64,000 nucleotides of DNA from assembly GCA_000708835.1 (NCBI GenBank), contig DF237397.1, positions 10,262-74,261 on the forward strand, written 5' to 3'. A program made the translations under genes and the position numbers. Shown here in pieces: positions 61,353-64,000 of this stretch. Below the pieces are notes generated by a model. That model made no database searches. It saw only the letters and a program-made list of their open reading frames with translations, and was not told the origin of the DNA. The stretch's first letter is position 1, and each line of letters starts with the position of its first letter. This DNA comes from Klebsormidium nitens (taxonomy: Eukaryota; Plantae; Klebsormidiophyceae).

Positions 61353-62843
61353 ATCAAAGCAAAAGGCGTCGAGTGTCACTATCGGTCCCACTGCCTAAGG
61401 TGCCGAATGTCAATTCGGTCCCTCTGCCTCGCCGAGCTTTCAAGATACCTGCTGAGAACGGGCAAACGAGATCTCAATTTATTCACTGCGGAAGAGACGG
61501 AATCAAACAGCGCCAAGACAGGACGCGTTTCAACCTCACCGTGTTCTTCAGCAGTTTCGACAAAATTGAAGCGTCTTCTCAGCCAAAAACCCCTCCACGT
61601 CGTCATGTGGCAGATACATTTCAGTCAGGCCCAGCCCTGCCCCCCCCAAAGGCGTCCCATGTCCTACCCCCCTGCTTCGATGGCGACGTGGCCGGCGAGT
61701 GCCCTTCCCGCGCTGTAGGGGGGTGGGACTCCCCTCTCCCCTTTTCCTGTTTGCACTCAAGCGGACGCCGACCGCTGGCCCCCAAAATGACAAACAGTAT
61801 GAACATTCCGCAGAGGCACCGTGACCTCGGGCGGAAAGACCGGACTCTTCCACACCGAAGTCGGAAGTTTGGCCGCGCTGGGCCTAGCCACAGGGTACTT
61901 CGATGGGGCGCCTTTTCCTAGTGGCCCGCCACTTGACTACTCCCCGAAGATCAAAAGCTTGTTCTCTGGTATCCTTAATCTTTCCCACTGTGCTCGCACA
62001 ATGCTGCCCGCCTAGCTGCGGACCCCTGCGACCTCCCCATTCTCCCTGTTCCATCCTACTCCCTAACCCTAGTGTGTGATACTCAGCGTACAACCTGATC
62101 TTCAACTTGTATCCATCATATCGAGACGAACTTTTGAGCTTTTACATAATGAAGACGTGGATGCCAATCTGCATCGCAACAAATAGCATCTCAAGCGAAG
62201 CGTGTATGCAGACAGTCCATGAGATACCATGAGTAGCCCGTTCGTGCATCGTACTCTCCAGCTGCAAAGCAAAGACGGTGCGTTTTGAGTCTTTTGATTG
62301 GTGTTGGACGGACCGTTCGCTGCACCAGATAACTAGATAAACAGTCCCCACAAAAGTTCAACAGTCGAGGTCATTCGCAGGCTGGCATCCGGAACTAGCT
62401 TGAAGAACTAGCTTCTGAAATCTTCAACGCAGATATAATTATGGACAATCTGCAGACGGTCCTGCAGACGATGCAATTCTCCGCATTCTCAATGGAGCTC
62501 TTCTTCAACGTTGTATGTGAATCAAGTGTTCATGAAGACTGGAGCTTGCATATTCCTTGGCGAAGGGAGGCACGTTCTGGGATACGTCAATTTCGATCGC
62601 ATGATCTGTCAGGTTTTGGTGGCGGAGATTTTCACGGATTCTAGAACCAAGTGCTTGGATAGTTTGATTGCTCGGGAGGATCACTCCAGGCTGAAGGCCA
62701 ATCAGACGTACCGAACTTCTCAGATCGACCCTTCAGGCAACTATTTGCTTCCAATGGCGGGGCTTCATTTGTTCAGGGGGACCGTCACGGCAGTCAGAGA
62801 ACATGCTTGTTGCTTTGTTGCCAAGTCAACTTCATCGATTTGA
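61353..62843 (+). CDS. Possible compact multi-exon gene of unknown function; 5' end undefined
   Basis: Hand-assembled phase-consistent GT-AG chain 61353-61722, 61814-61968, 62087-62201, 62262-62277, 62399-62512, 62613-62843 with 60-121-nt introns. I recognise no motif, so this could be a chance assembly. Confidence 0.3.
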
Positions 62844-64000
62844 AAGGATCCTGCAAACTTCACAAATCTTCCCAAGACGAAACTGCTCTTTTCTTCTTTC
62901 AACAATCGATACGGACATCATAAACATCTGTTCTGGAAAGTCTAGCGCTCTTTTTAGCTTCCTTGAAAAGCTTGAAGTATCTTGGACGTGACCCAAGTGC
63001 GCCAGGCCTTCTCTCCTGGCAGTGCTTCCGCTCTGCAATCCGCGACATCGTCTCATTGTGAGTCACTTTTTCAATTCGTCACAGTTTTTACCTTTGACAG
63101 GGTCCTCCTATGGTCACATCACACCATGCAGGTTTCCACACCCACTGGCATTCAAAGCATTTGATGACGTGACCACATAATGTTGGTGCTTGATGCCAAA
63201 AGTGCCGCCTGCGTTTCTTTCCGTTCGTGCGTGTCTTGAGGTGCGCGTTGAGTCGTATGTTTTCATCTACTGGAAGTTTGGCTGCATGGTGTCTGAATAC
63301 GTACCCTAAGGCCGTGTACATCCCCGAGCGGAGTCAGACATGGGGCCAAACAGGTGCGCATATATTCAGCTCCAGAAAAGTGGCGGACGCAATGAAGTAG
63401 ACCCCTGTTGGGGCTGGACCGGAGCGAGTTGTAAACGGTCTCTGCACGAGTTTCTGCGAAGTGGAACCGTTCTTATGAACCGACTCCTGCTTTCTAAAAG
63501 CGGCCTCGAATTGGGGCCCAGGTTCCGATTGGTCCGCCACTTTTTAAGGTGCGATTACCAGTTTTGGCACGGTGTGGTTTTGTTCTGGAGCCTTGAAGTC
63601 AATGAAGATGCTTGTCCAAGTCTAAGGAGATCGCCAGATCGCTGCCACGAGACTTTACAACGAAGCTTAATACAACTTTCTCGCGAAGCTTTAATCTCAA
63701 GTTAAAATGATAGGGTCCATGATTGGGTCGTGATTGATCTTTTCCAAACACCTCAGGCTCACGCCTCCTAGACCCTCGGCCAATCATCGGATGAGTCTCG
63801 AGAGACTTTTAGCTAGTGTCCCAGATTTCAGAAGCTCAGTGGCCTGATGTTTCAAGGACTGACGGGACTTCAGCTCGCCTTTGAATCTGGTGTGGAGGGG
63901 GTGTGGAGGTGTGAACGACAGCTTGCTTATACGAAAATCAGCTTCCTAGTCCAACTAAATTACATCCAGTTGTAGTCCACGTTCGTGCAACGACGTGAGA

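Overview
Eukaryotic genomic DNA with long GT-AG introns and two N-gaps. The gene content suggests a streptophyte green alga, perhaps Klebsormidium-like; this is inference. Six intron-containing genes can be assembled by hand with phase-consistent splice sites. (1) Minus strand, 10655 to 2718 and continuing off the left edge: a signal-anchored protein matching only the C-terminal half of the plant BUP/At5g04480-type glycosyltransferases. (2) Plus strand, 12751-22025: an 11-exon synaptotagmin (TM-SMP-C2A-C2B). (3, 4) Plus strand, 26259-34650 and 37897-44006: two tandem glutamate-receptor-like channels of about 520 aa. They start directly at the S1 ligand-binding segment, with no amino-terminal domain or signal peptide, and have unusual, mutually divergent pore loops. 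(5) Minus strand, 48585-45853: a DUF2306-like membrane protein with a long N-terminal extension. (6) Plus strand, 49220-56673: a roughly 1190-aa Arg/Asp/Gly/Pro-rich low-complexity protein. Four MITE-like elements, a probable truncated retro-insertion and a minisatellite lie in introns and intergenic DNA. The most striking non-standard pattern is that many introns of five genes contain serial decayed copies of the adjacent splice junction plus part of the exon ('splice-junction echoes'). In the largest array the decoy 5' splice sites sit in a 7-bp GC hairpin that the authentic donor lacks. All homology assignments come from motif recognition by eye; no database search was run.
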